Position numbers and translations under genes: made by a program
In this document: positions 29,395 through 38,527 of the stretch, piece after piece
Layout of the letters: each line of letters begins with the position of its first letter
Numbering within the stretch: position 1 is the stretch's first letter
Source: Acidobacteriota bacterium
Lineage (GTDB): Bacteria; Acidobacteriota; Terriglobia; Acidiferrales; UBA7541
Direction: 5' to 3'
Length of the DNA stretch: 64,000 nt
Assembly: GCA_021788095.1 (NCBI GenBank)
Contig: JAJYLB010000011.1
Location: 28,593 to 92,592, forward strand
Notes under the pieces: generated by a model
The model's database searches: none
Seen by the model: only the letters and a program-made list of their open reading frames with translations
Told to the model about the DNA's origin: nothing

Positions 29395-31323
29395 TCAGTG
29401 CACCTCGCTGACCTTGGGCGGCGGCAAGATCACGAGCCGGCCGGCCGGGGCGTGCGGGCTGTAAAGGTAATGGCGCGTGTCGGAGAAATTCAGCCGGCCC
29501 TTGTGGCATTCGGCGCAGCGGGCGATTTCCGGCTTTTTCTCTCGCGCGGCCACTTTCACGTGGCAGCCGTTGCATACCTCGTGCATCGCGTCGACGTAGG
29601 AAACGGCGTTGTAATTCGGGATCTCGATCGTGGCCCCGGCGGGCACAAGATTCTTGTGGCAATCGGCGCAGGGCTTCACGTGCGCCGAGGTGCGTGCGTA
29701 TCCCGGCTCGTGACACTCGACGCAGGCGAGATTCGCGCCGTGGGGCGAAGCGTGCCAATCGTGGCGGGAAGCGTCGCTCTTCTGGTACATGTCGCGATGG
29801 CACGCGTAGCAGCCGGAGTCCTGGTCGTGCGGCATGTTCATGTGGTGGCAGAGCACGCACGACTTCTCCCGGCCATTCCGCTCGATTTCCCGCTGGTGGT
29901 AGAAGGTCACGCCGTACCGCGTGAGGTCGCCATCGATGTAGAGCACGCCCCGGGGCAATTCCCCCGGCTGTCCGAGACTGGCGGCTTCCGAGACCCCGCT
30001 CCTCAAGTACCCCGCGTCGCCCCGCGCGCGATGGACGGGCGCGGGCACCGAGCCTTGCCGGGCCGCCAGGGGACTGCCCAGGAGAGCGAAACCTGCGCCG
30101 GCGGCAAATACGAACCCCAAGGAGTACTTGACGCGGCCGGCGACCGCCGGCGTGCCCAGCCAAGTGAAGCCCACCTTGTCGAATTCCGGCAGCTTCCGCG
30201 GATCGGCTTCCGGATCCGCGGGCCGGCTTTCCCAAACCCTGAAGTGTTCTATCATGAACAGAAAGGCGAGGGTCGCCGCCGCTACGATGCCCAGGCTGAC
30301 CGCGATTTCGGTCCACTTCGGCGCGTAGAGAGGGCCGCCGCGGCCGATGTCGGCCAAGCCGCCCACGTCAATTCGGTTCAGAACGACACCGGCCACGCCA
30401 ATGGCTGCCGCGGCCCCTTGCCACCCCGCTTGGCGCCGGAACCGCGTAGCGGACATCAAGGCGAGCGGCAAAATCGCCATGAGCGCCAGCTCCAGCCAGA
30501 ACAACTTGGCCTGCCACGCCCCACTCGCGAGGTAGTGGAGTTGTCCCCGAGCTGCCAGATCGCCGAACCGCGCTGCGACGTACACCGCCAGAACCCAGCG
30601 CGTCGCGGCGCCCAAGGGAGCCAACAAGCCGGTTTCCGGTTTGCGCCGGTAGAGGTATGCGGTGACGTGGCTTTCGAGGATCACCATCATGAGTCCCAGA
30701 GCGACCGCGGAGATAAAGAACAGCACGGGCAGGAGGGGCGAATACCAGAGCGGATAAAGGCGGTAAGGCATGATCAGGAAAAGCGAGCCGAGCGAGGACT
30801 GATGGAGCGTGGAAAGCGCGACGCCGAGGATGACCAAGGGGATGCGCAGCGTGAGCAGGAAACGCCGTAGGCTGGCCAGAGCGGAGATCCCCTCTGTCGG
30901 CACGGGAAAGAATTCCAGCATCAGCACCGTGAGGTAGAGCATCACGCACCAGCCGACTTCGAAGAGCGGCGAGCGCGGATTCCAGTAGATCGTTAAGTGC
31001 CAGATGTTCCAGGGCAGTCCGAGATCGAAGAGCAATCCGACGACGACGGCAACGTAGCCGAGGAAAGCGGTTAGAACCGCGGGCCGAACGATCGAGTGAT
31101 ACTCTTCCATCTTGAAGATATAGACCGTTGCGGTAACGACAAAGCCGCCGGCGGCCAGCGCGACGCCGCCCATCACGTCGAATCCGACCCACAGACCCCA
31201 AGGCGTGGCATCGGAAAGGTGCGTGGTCGCGCCAAGGCCGAAGGCGAACCTCGCCGTGGCGATGGCCGCTGCCAGCCCCACCATCACCCACAAAACGAGC
31301 TTTAGCCGAACCACCCTATCCAT
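29395..31323 (-). CDS. NrfD/PsrC-type integral membrane subunit fused to a C-terminal hexahaem cytochrome c domain
   Basis: The N-terminal ~400 aa form a polytopic NrfD-like domain ([31 protein letters not shown]). The C-terminal ~170 aa carry six CxxCH motifs: CVLCH, CYACH, CVECH, CADCH, CNGCH, CAECH. Confidence 0.8.
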   Translation of the reverse strand: MDRVVRLKLVLWVMVGLAAAIATARFAFGLGATTHLSDATPWGLWVGFDVMGGVALAAGGFVVTATVYIFKMEEYHSIVRPAVLTAFLGYVAVVVGLLFDLGLPWNIWHLTIYWNPRSPLFEVGWCVMLYLTVLMLEFFPVPTEGISALASLRRFLLTLRIPLVILGVALSTLHQSSLGSLFLIMPYRLYPLWYSPLLPVLFFISAVALGLMMVILESHVTAYLYRRKPETGLLAPLGAATRWVLAVYVAARFGDLAARGQLHYLASGAWQAKLFWLELALMAILPLALMSATRFRRQAGWQGAAAAIGVAGVVLNRIDVGGLADIGRGGPLYAPKWTEIAVSLGIVAAATLAFLFMIEHFRVWESRPADPEADPRKLPEFDKVGFTWLGTPAVAGRVKYSLGFVFAAGAGFALLGSPLAARQGSVPAPVHRARGDAGYLRSGVSEAASLGQPGELPRGVLYIDGDLTRYGVTFYHQREIERNGREKSCVLCHHMNMPHDQDSGCYACHRDMYQKSDASRHDWHASPHGANLACVECHEPGYARTSAHVKPCADCHKNLVPAGATIEIPNYNAVSYVDAMHEVCNGCHVKVAAREKKPEIARCAECHKGRLNFSDTRHYLYSPHAPAGRLVILPPPKVSEVH

Positions 31324-32106
31324 TTACTTCTCCGGCTCCCTCTGGCCCTTGGCTTCCCCTGCGGCTTTCTCCGCTTGCAGGCGGTTGCGCCGCTCGATGA
31401 TCCAGTACAGACCGCCCATGGCCGCGCCCATCCCCAAAAAGGCAAAGGGCACGGACTCCATGGCCAAGGTCGTCGTCTGTGGCAGCGGTTCCTTACCGAA
31501 ATGCTCGCCATAGGTCAGGAAGGACAAATCGATGCCGGAGATATAGAGCACCGACGTGCCTCCCACTTCCGATTCACCCCAGACCCGGTCGAGGTACTTG
31601 CCCGGATTGCGCCGAATCCGGCGGTGAGCCTCGGCGAGCAGTTCGTCGCGGTCGCCGAAGATGGTTGCTTTCGCCGGGCACGCCTCGGTGCATGCCGGTT
31701 GGCCGCCCGCTTTGATCCGGTCGTAGCACAAGACGCATTTGCGAACGTACGGAACCACGTTGCTCCACTCGTAGCGCGGGATACCGAACGGGCAGGCCAT
31801 CATGCAGTAACGGCAGCCAATGCACTTGCTCGTATCGCAGAGCACCGGCCCGGCCGCGGTTTTGTGCATGGCGCCCACGGGGCAGGCATCGACGCACGCG
31901 GGATCGAGGCAATGCCGGCATTGCTTGCGCACGAAGGTGTTGTCCGCCGCGTCCACCACCGAACACCAGTTCTCGGCAGACAGCCCGTCGCCGAAATCCC
32001 ACCGGCGCGGGATGTCTCTCTCCAGGCGGTTCACCCTTTGGCAAGCGATCGCGCATTCGCTGCAGCCAGTGCATTTGGTGGTGTCGGTCAGGATGGCCGG
32101 TTTCAT
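31324..32106 (-). CDS. 4Fe-4S ferredoxin-type subunit (NrfC/HmcB/DsrO-like) with a C-terminal TM anchor and no obvious Tat signal
   Basis: It starts directly at the first cluster motif (MKPAILTDTTKCTGCSECAIAC). Further CxxCxxCxxxCP groups follow, then a C-terminal helix VPFAFLGMGAAMGGLYWII. Confidence 0.8.
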   Translation of the reverse strand: MKPAILTDTTKCTGCSECAIACQRVNRLERDIPRRWDFGDGLSAENWCSVVDAADNTFVRKQCRHCLDPACVDACPVGAMHKTAAGPVLCDTSKCIGCRYCMMACPFGIPRYEWSNVVPYVRKCVLCYDRIKAGGQPACTEACPAKATIFGDRDELLAEAHRRIRRNPGKYLDRVWGESEVGGTSVLYISGIDLSFLTYGEHFGKEPLPQTTTLAMESVPFAFLGMGAAMGGLYWIIERRNRLQAEKAAGEAKGQREPEK

Positions 32107-32876
32107 CGCTCCGACCCTCCTTTCCCGGCCGCTCCTTCAGGCAGCTCGGCGGTAAGACGGGCTTTCGGCAGCCAGGTAGGCCGGTCGCCGAACCCGAGCG
32201 TTTCGGCCACGCGGTCGCCGGCTCCCGCCGGGAACTTCCACGCGACAGCCGTCACCAATTGCGAGAGCGGCGCCAGCACGCAATGCGCGAGCTTGGTGAA
32301 GGGAATCATCAGGAGGATGAGGTCACCCGCGTACAGGTGGACCAGCAGGAATTCCTGGTAGGTCCGCGGACTGAGGATGGCGTTCGAGGCGATATAGCCC
32401 GTGACGAAGGGCGCCGCGATCAGCAGGGGCCAAAGGAAATCCTGCGCCTTGCTTATCTTTCGCGCCGCGGGGGAAAGCAGCCGGCCCAAGAAAAGTCCTG
32501 CCCCGGCAAAGATCACCAGCAACGTGAGCCAGTTCGCCAGCCGCCGCGGCAGAGCCGCCCAGCCAATCCCCAGCGCGTTGCGCCACAGAAGGATGTGCGA
32601 GGCCAGGAAGAGGGGTGTAACGATCATCCCCGCGTGGAAGAGAAAGGAAATCAGGCTGTAGATCGGCCTTTGCCGCCACAAACGCGCCATCGGGAACAGC
32701 CAGCCGAGGGTCTGCCGGCGGACCTCCTTCCATGCCACGATCTTGTCCGAACTGTTCTGGTATCCCTCTCGAACGCCGGCGAGCGTCAGGAGGACGATGC
32801 GCAGCAGCCCCAGCGCCATCAAGGCGAACGAGAGGCGGAACAGCGGGCCGCGCGCGAAATCGATCCAGGCGGTCAC
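32103..32876 (-). CDS. NarI/DsrM/HmcE-like membrane cytochrome b subunit
   Basis: The GTG start at 32876 overlaps the upstream stop in a GTGA motif. It is polytopic with conserved His residues (SFLFHAGMIV, SHILLW, LLVHLYAGD, KLAHCVLAP). The longer track ORF overlaps the upstream gene out of frame. Confidence 0.7.
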   Translation of the reverse strand: MTAWIDFARGPLFRLSFALMALGLLRIVLLTLAGVREGYQNSSDKIVAWKEVRRQTLGWLFPMARLWRQRPIYSLISFLFHAGMIVTPLFLASHILLWRNALGIGWAALPRRLANWLTLLVIFAGAGLFLGRLLSPAARKISKAQDFLWPLLIAAPFVTGYIASNAILSPRTYQEFLLVHLYAGDLILLMIPFTKLAHCVLAPLSQLVTAVAWKFPAGAGDRVAETLGFGDRPTWLPKARLTAELPEGAAGKGGSER

Positions 32877-34450
32877 GGTGATTCTCCCTGCCGGCCGGGC
32901 GTTTCGCCCCCTTCGATCCCTTCGCTTGCCGGCGCTTGGGCGGAGGCGGCTTCGGCCGCCGAATCGGGAGGCAAAACGATGGCCTTGTAAATCAAGTCGT
33001 GCAGGCCGACGATTTCGCAACTTACGCCCTGGTCTTCCATCAGCTCGCGCAGTTGCTTCTTGCAGTTGGCGCAAGGGGCGACGCAGTAATTCGCCTCCGT
33101 CCTCCGGATCTGCTCGGCTTTCAGCCTGCCGCTTACGGTGGTGCGGTAGGGGCGAACCTCGTCGAGCGATACCGTTCCCGCGCCGCCGCCGCAGCAGAGG
33201 TTGCTGCGGCCGTTCGGAACCATTTCCACGTACTGGGGGCAGAAAGCTTCGAGCGTGCTCCTCGGCTGCCGCACGATCCAGCCCGTGCGCGCGATGTTGC
33301 AGGGATCGTGATACGTCACCCTCTCCGAGACGATTTTCGGATCGAGCGGGATCCGCCCTTGCCGGATCGCCCGGTCGGTGTACTCGAGGATGCTGACCAC
33401 CGGCAGGGCATCCTTGCCGCCGCAAAACGCGGGATAGAAAAACTTCGCGGTGCGCGCCGCGTGCCCGCATTCGCCGATGATGATTTTCCTGGCCTTGAGC
33501 CGCTCCGCCTCCGCCCGCATTTTGCGGAGAACGTGCTCCATCACCTGATCGCTATAGAACAGGCCGTAATTGATCCCGTCGTAATACTGGCTGCCAATCG
33601 TCCAGCTATCCCCCGTGGCCTTGAAGGCGGCGGCGATGCCCTTCAGCGTCTCCGCCTCCATCATGAAGTCGGAAACGGAAGTGAAGAAAATGTACTCGGC
33701 GCCTTCCCGATCCACCGGGAAAGGCACGTGCACGCCTTTTTCGTCTTGGATGTCTTCGGTGAGGAATTCCAGCGTATCGAGCAGCGCGGGCAGGGGAATC
33801 GCCGAGGTATTGGCCGTCTTGCCCGTCAATTGCTCCCGCGTGCTGACCACCAGGGCCCGCGGCGCGATGCCGATTTCCGAGAGGATGTAGCGTCCCAGGT
33901 GGGCGATTAGCGCGTGGTCGATGCCCATCGGGCATTCGAAATGGCAGCGGCGGCAGGCGGTGCAGTTGTAGTAGGAATCCGCCATCTCCTGAATCTTCTC
34001 GTCGGTCAGGCCGGGATCGGCCAGAACGCGCGCGCGCAGTATCCCGGAAAGCGTGAAATGCCTGCGGTAAATCGAGAGAAGCATCTCCGAGCGGTAACAA
34101 GGGACATCGCGAGAATCGCCCGTGGCGTCGTAAATGGGGCAGGCGACGGCGCAGCGGGCGCAACGCGCCGCCACACGAACGTAGTGGTCGAGCGCAAGGC
34201 GATAGTTCGTATGCTTGAGGATGGAAGCGAAGACCTCGAGGAAGCGCCGCGGGCGGTCCGCGACGTCGCAATCCTCCACGTGGTAGCGCACCGGCAGGCG
34301 CTGCCGGGCCATCGCGTCGGGTTTCTTGGGCGTCGAGTACGCCTTCTCCCGCTCGCCCGGTTCGAGCGGCCGCGTGAGCGACTTCATCACCGATCCCATT
34401 CTGGTCTGCCCGTTTCGAAATCCCTTGGCTTCGCGAGCGACTTCCGCCAT
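32873..34450 (-). CDS. HdrD/DsrK/HmcF-like CCG-domain iron-sulfur protein (third DsrK paralog)
   Basis: Ferredoxin motifs CARCAVACP and CTACRRCHFECP. CCG-domain motifs HDPCNIAR, LCCGGGAG and CAPCANCKKQL. Confidence 0.8.
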   Translation of the reverse strand: MAEVAREAKGFRNGQTRMGSVMKSLTRPLEPGEREKAYSTPKKPDAMARQRLPVRYHVEDCDVADRPRRFLEVFASILKHTNYRLALDHYVRVAARCARCAVACPIYDATGDSRDVPCYRSEMLLSIYRRHFTLSGILRARVLADPGLTDEKIQEMADSYYNCTACRRCHFECPMGIDHALIAHLGRYILSEIGIAPRALVVSTREQLTGKTANTSAIPLPALLDTLEFLTEDIQDEKGVHVPFPVDREGAEYIFFTSVSDFMMEAETLKGIAAAFKATGDSWTIGSQYYDGINYGLFYSDQVMEHVLRKMRAEAERLKARKIIIGECGHAARTAKFFYPAFCGGKDALPVVSILEYTDRAIRQGRIPLDPKIVSERVTYHDPCNIARTGWIVRQPRSTLEAFCPQYVEMVPNGRSNLCCGGGAGTVSLDEVRPYRTTVSGRLKAEQIRRTEANYCVAPCANCKKQLRELMEDQGVSCEIVGLHDLIYKAIVLPPDSAAEAASAQAPASEGIEGGETPGRQGESP

Positions 34451-34501
34451 CCTGGCGAGCCGCGAAGCCCCTGCCCGCGGGCGTATCCGGCATCGTGGCC
34501 G

Positions 34502-34903
34502 TCACGCATGCCCGCGTTCCCGCACGCCAAGAAGCTGGTGGATCTTGGCCAGAAGCTTTTCACGGTCCAAGGGCTTGTCGAAGTACCCTGCGGGCGGGCG
34601 CACTTGCTTGCGCGTCTCGATGAACTGCTTGAAGTCATGCGTAATCCCGGTGATGATGATGACCGGGACGTTCGACGTTACCGGGTCCGTTTGCAAGTCC
34701 CGGAACATGCGAACTCCCGATTCCTTCGGCATCGAGATGTCGAGCGTGATCAGATCCGGATGATTCGCCTTCGCCTTTTCAAAGCCCTCGCGGCCATCCG
34801 GCGCCGTGATCACGGCGAAACCCTCGTCCTGCAAAAACGCCTTGAGGTAGGCGGTCTGGTCCGGCTCGTCTTCGACGACCAGGATTGTCTTCAGGGTGGT
34901 CAT
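34502..34903 (-). CDS. single-domain response regulator (receiver only)
   Basis: ILVVEDEPD, DLITLDISMP, PVIIITG. 133 aa with no output domain. Confidence 0.85.
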   Translation of the reverse strand: MTTLKTILVVEDEPDQTAYLKAFLQDEGFAVITAPDGREGFEKAKANHPDLITLDISMPKESGVRMFRDLQTDPVTSNVPVIIITGITHDFKQFIETRKQVRPPAGYFDKPLDREKLLAKIHQLLGVRERGHA

Positions 34904-35424
34904 GGGGTTACCCCCCTCTTCTTTTTCAAGGCATCGAGTGCCCTTTCGACTGCCTCACGGTCGGCGCCGGAGACGGCGCGAGAGACTTCCTGGCGCAAGT
35001 CTTCGGATCGAGCTTGCGGTGGCTCCTGGGCCTGCAGGCCCAGGATGCGGCGGACGGCAGCCACGTAAGTGTCGGGATGCAAGGGCTTCTCCAGATACAC
35101 CCCGGGGCCCGACATCGTCATCTCTTCGAAGTCCGCCTTGCCCAGGTCGTCCCGCGCGTGACCGGTGACGATGAGGACCGGGATCTTCGAGAGCAGTTTG
35201 TCCTTCCGCAGTTCGTGATAGAACTGGCCTCCGGAATACCGGGGCATCACCAGATCCAGCGAAACGAGATCCGGCGGATCGCATCTCACCTTCTCCAGCG
35301 CTTCCAGGCCGTCCGCGGCCGTCTCCACAACGAATCCCGCATCCGTGAGCGCGCTCCTTAAGTACTCGCGGATGTCCGGCTCGTCATCCACCACCAACAC
35401 CCGCCTCGGCTGATCGTCGTTCAT
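34900..35424 (-). CDS. response regulator, receiver domain plus a short helical tail, no DNA-binding domain
   Basis: VLVVDDEPD, DLVSLDLVMP, PVLIVTGH. A ~50-aa C-terminal tail has no recognisable output domain. Confidence 0.85.
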   Translation of the reverse strand: MNDDQPRRVLVVDDEPDIREYLRSALTDAGFVVETAADGLEALEKVRCDPPDLVSLDLVMPRYSGGQFYHELRKDKLLSKIPVLIVTGHARDDLGKADFEEMTMSGPGVYLEKPLHPDTYVAAVRRILGLQAQEPPQARSEDLRQEVSRAVSGADREAVERALDALKKKRGVTP

Positions 35425-36920
35425 GGCAGCTTCCCCTCCGCTGGCACGCTGGCAGGAGGCGCCGCGAGCGCCTGCAAGCGGCTGCGCGGCAGCCGGATAC
35501 GAAAAATCGATCCCTGCCCGGGAACGGACTCGAAGTCCATCCGCCCTCCATGCTCCTGCACGATCTTCCGCGTCGTCAGGAGGCCCAGCCCGGTTCCCTT
35601 TCCTCCCTTGGTGGTAAAGAACGTGGTGAAGATCTTGGATTTGATCTCCTGATCGATCCCGCAGCCGTTATCGGCGACTTCGAAAACCAGGTCGTTACCC
35701 ACGTCCCGGGTGCGCACGCTTACCTTGCCGCCCGTCTGGCCGGGTTTGGTGGCGGCGTCGATACCGTTCGAAACAAGGTTGGTCAGGCAGGTCTCCATGC
35801 CGCGTGCATCGAGCATCGCTTCCGAAACGTCTGGCGAAGCTTCCAGGACGAGGTCGACGCCTTGATTCGCTGCGGCATCGTGGTAGAGGTCCACGACGTT
35901 GCGAGCCAGGGCTTTCGGGTTGGCTGGCGCAAGCTCCGGCGGCCGGCCTTTGGCAAAACTGAGGAAATCCTTCACCAGTGTGGTCGTCTTCTCGAAGTTG
36001 CGCTTCAGGATTTCCCAGCCGTTCACGATGCGCTCGGCATCGCTTCGTGCGAGGCCGGTGTCCACCATGTACATCCCGCCCTCGAGCCCCATCAGCAGGT
36101 TCTTGATCGTGTGCGCCAGCCCCGCCACGGTCTGGCCGACCGCCGCCAATCGCTCCGCGTCCAGCCGCTCCTGTTCAAGCTGCTTCATCTCCCGAAGGTC
36201 CTGCATCAACGCCGCCCTGCCCAGCTTCGTTCCCCGGCTCCTCAACTCGACGGCGGAGAACCGAACGGGGACCTCCTCGCCGCCGACGGCGTGCAGGGAG
36301 GTTTCCGGCATGTTGACGACGGTCCCGTTTTCCTGCGCCGGCGCGAAAAATTCCTGGGGAAGCATCGCGCGCAGCTGGTCCGGCGCGGGCGGTCGAGCCG
36401 ATGTCCAATGGAGTAGGGCGCGTGCAGCCGGATTGATGATGCGAATCTCGCCGGCCGTATCCACGGCCAGGATGCCCGATGCCGCATTCCGCACCAGGCT
36501 CTCGTAGAAATCGTCGGCTTTCCTGAGGTCCGTCTCTAACTCGCGGACTTCCGTGACGTCGGCAGCCATCTCGATGACGTGAGCCACGCCGTGCGCGCCC
36601 CGGGAAAGCGCCGCCGTGGTGACCACGTAGTACGCTGGCGTCCCATCCTGGCGGAGGCCCACCTGCTCGGAGACATGCTCGGTGCCGTCCCGAAAGGTGA
36701 GCGCCGCGGGACAGCGCGAACACGGTTTCTTCCGCCGCTTGTAAACCTGGTAGCAATACCTGCCCTCAGCCTCGCCGAAGGCTTGACGGAATTTCTCATT
36801 GGCCCTGACGATGCGGAAATCCCGGTCGATCACCGAGACGTAGCACGGCACGCGCTCGAAGAGCAGATTGTATTGGCGCTGCCAACGCCCCGTTTCCCTC
36901 ATGCGGGCCCATTCCCTCAT
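35421..36920 (-). CDS. cytoplasmic PAS-PAS histidine kinase with a four-Cys first PAS domain
   Basis: The ATG at 36920 shares one nt with the upstream TGA. H-box GLAHTIKNLL and HATPase motifs NLVSNGIDA, DNGCGID and GGKGTGLGL are present, with no TM segment. Cys26, Cys56, Cys67 and Cys70 lie in PAS1 (CYQVYKRRKKPCSRCP). Confidence 0.8.
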   Translation of the reverse strand: MREWARMRETGRWQRQYNLLFERVPCYVSVIDRDFRIVRANEKFRQAFGEAEGRYCYQVYKRRKKPCSRCPAALTFRDGTEHVSEQVGLRQDGTPAYYVVTTAALSRGAHGVAHVIEMAADVTEVRELETDLRKADDFYESLVRNAASGILAVDTAGEIRIINPAARALLHWTSARPPAPDQLRAMLPQEFFAPAQENGTVVNMPETSLHAVGGEEVPVRFSAVELRSRGTKLGRAALMQDLREMKQLEQERLDAERLAAVGQTVAGLAHTIKNLLMGLEGGMYMVDTGLARSDAERIVNGWEILKRNFEKTTTLVKDFLSFAKGRPPELAPANPKALARNVVDLYHDAAANQGVDLVLEASPDVSEAMLDARGMETCLTNLVSNGIDAATKPGQTGGKVSVRTRDVGNDLVFEVADNGCGIDQEIKSKIFTTFFTTKGGKGTGLGLLTTRKIVQEHGGRMDFESVPGQGSIFRIRLPRSRLQALAAPPASVPAEGKLP

Positions 36921-38527
36921 CAATGCCACTCCCACTCGAGGAAGCCCGGCTTCACGTCCGACATGGCATTCACGATCAGCTCGACCAACCCGCCGTAGAG
37001 GATCCGGTGTTTCTCCCAGAGGCCGTAATAGGTGAACATGTCCCGGAACTGGCCTTTGCAGTTGCTGCACGGGGCGCAGACGTATTTCGGGATCGAGGGG
37101 TCGAGGCAATCCTCGAAAGCGGTGAGGATTTGCAAGAGTTTCTTGCGGCCCGACACCTGGAAGCGCCAGTCCTGGAAATTGTTCCCGCTGATGATGGCGA
37201 ACCCGCTTCCCCCGCCGCAGCAATAGTTCATCACGCCGTGAGGTTCCATCTCCCTGAACTGCGGGCACAGCTTGCGAAGGATTTCCCGCTGCGGTTCGAC
37301 CACGCCCATCAAACGCACCAGATTGCAGGGATCGTGCAGGGTCACGGGGAAATCGTTGCGGGCGGGGTCGAACCGGATCCGGCCGCTCGTGACGATGTCG
37401 CGCAAGAGCGTCAAGGAGCTTTCCCGCGGGATGTTGAGATCCCCCGTGAGCACGCGGTCGGCGATCAGCGTCAGGGCCTTGTGCGCGTGACCGCATTCGC
37501 CCAGAACGATCTTCTTGACTTTGAGTTTGCGCGCCGCTTCGGCGTGCTTGATCGCCACACGCGCGAATTGGGCGTCGTCGTAAAACACCCCGTAGTTGAT
37601 CGAGTCGTATCCCGCCAGCTCCGAAGACAGCGTCCAGGAAATCCCGGCGGCATTCAGCAGGAGGGCGAAGGCGCCGGGATTGTCGGGCCAGGCCACGATC
37701 TCGCCCGCATTGTGGATCAGCAGAATATCCGCCCCCTCGACGTCCCAGGGAGTCTTCACCGCAATGCCAGCCCGCTCGCTCGTGTCCTCGTCGATGAAAT
37801 CCATGTTGTCTCTTACGGCTGCGGCATTCATCCCCGTGGAAGAGCCGACGCGGAGCTGCAGCATGGACCCTTTCTCGTGCAGCTCTTTGGCGGTGATCCC
37901 CATCTCCTGGCTGAACACTTTCCGCAATTCGCGGGCGACCAAGCCGTTGTCGGCCCCGATGGGACACGCCTGGGCGCAGCGCCGGCACAGGTTGCAGCGG
38001 TAGCAAAGCTCGAGCAATCGGGCGACCAGAGGCCAGTTGAGTTGGATGTCGCCGTGCTGCCAGGCCGAGAGCAAGCCCCCGCGCTTGACGTATTTGAAGT
38101 AGAGGCGGCGCACGATCTCGGTGCGGAACGTGGGGCGGTAAATCTCGTTCCGGCCGCTGGCTTCGAAAATGTGGCAGGCGTCGGAACACGTCTGACACTT
38201 GGTGCAATGCTCCATCGTCAGCACGAGCGGTTGGAGGAAAGTCCAGTTGTTGTCCCGGTTGAACAGCTTCTCGAGGCCCGAAAGGAATTTCCCGACGAGT
38301 TCGTCTTCCTCCTGCTTGGTTTTCGGTTGTGGGAAATTGACGACGCACGTGTCGTCAAGGAAGCATTCGCACCCCGCCAGGGTTTGCGCCGGGAGCGGAG
38401 GCCAGTCGTGCTGGCCGGCGGGACCGTCGTAGGGCGGCGGCAGCGGCATCAGGTCCCTGCCCTCAAGATGAGTCAACGGTTCCCTGGCGGTCTTGGAGAT
38501 ATCCGCGACCTTGATTTTCTGCCTCAT
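36920..38527 (-). CDS. DsrK/HdrD-like CCG-domain iron-sulfur protein (second DsrK paralog)
   Basis: The ATG at 38527 overlaps the upstream stop (ATGA). Motifs CTKCQTCSDACH, CYRCNLCRRCAQACP, HDPCNLVR, NYCCGGGSG and CAPCSNCKGQF. Confidence 0.8.
   Translation of the reverse strand: MRQKIKVADISKTAREPLTHLEGRDLMPLPPPYDGPAGQHDWPPLPAQTLAGCECFLDDTCVVNFPQPKTKQEEDELVGKFLSGLEKLFNRDNNWTFLQPLVLTMEHCTKCQTCSDACHIFEASGRNEIYRPTFRTEIVRRLYFKYVKRGGLLSAWQHGDIQLNWPLVARLLELCYRCNLCRRCAQACPIGADNGLVARELRKVFSQEMGITAKELHEKGSMLQLRVGSSTGMNAAAVRDNMDFIDEDTSERAGIAVKTPWDVEGADILLIHNAGEIVAWPDNPGAFALLLNAAGISWTLSSELAGYDSINYGVFYDDAQFARVAIKHAEAARKLKVKKIVLGECGHAHKALTLIADRVLTGDLNIPRESSLTLLRDIVTSGRIRFDPARNDFPVTLHDPCNLVRLMGVVEPQREILRKLCPQFREMEPHGVMNYCCGGGSGFAIISGNNFQDWRFQVSGRKKLLQILTAFEDCLDPSIPKYVCAPCSNCKGQFRDMFTYYGLWEKHRILYGGLVELIVNAMSDVKPGFLEWEWH

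Noticed and set aside
35421-38348. 975-aa ORF suggesting a giant kinase
   Set aside because: Only the last 499 codons (from ATG 36920) show PAS and kinase motifs. The upstream part overlaps the DsrK paralog in another frame and looks non-coding.
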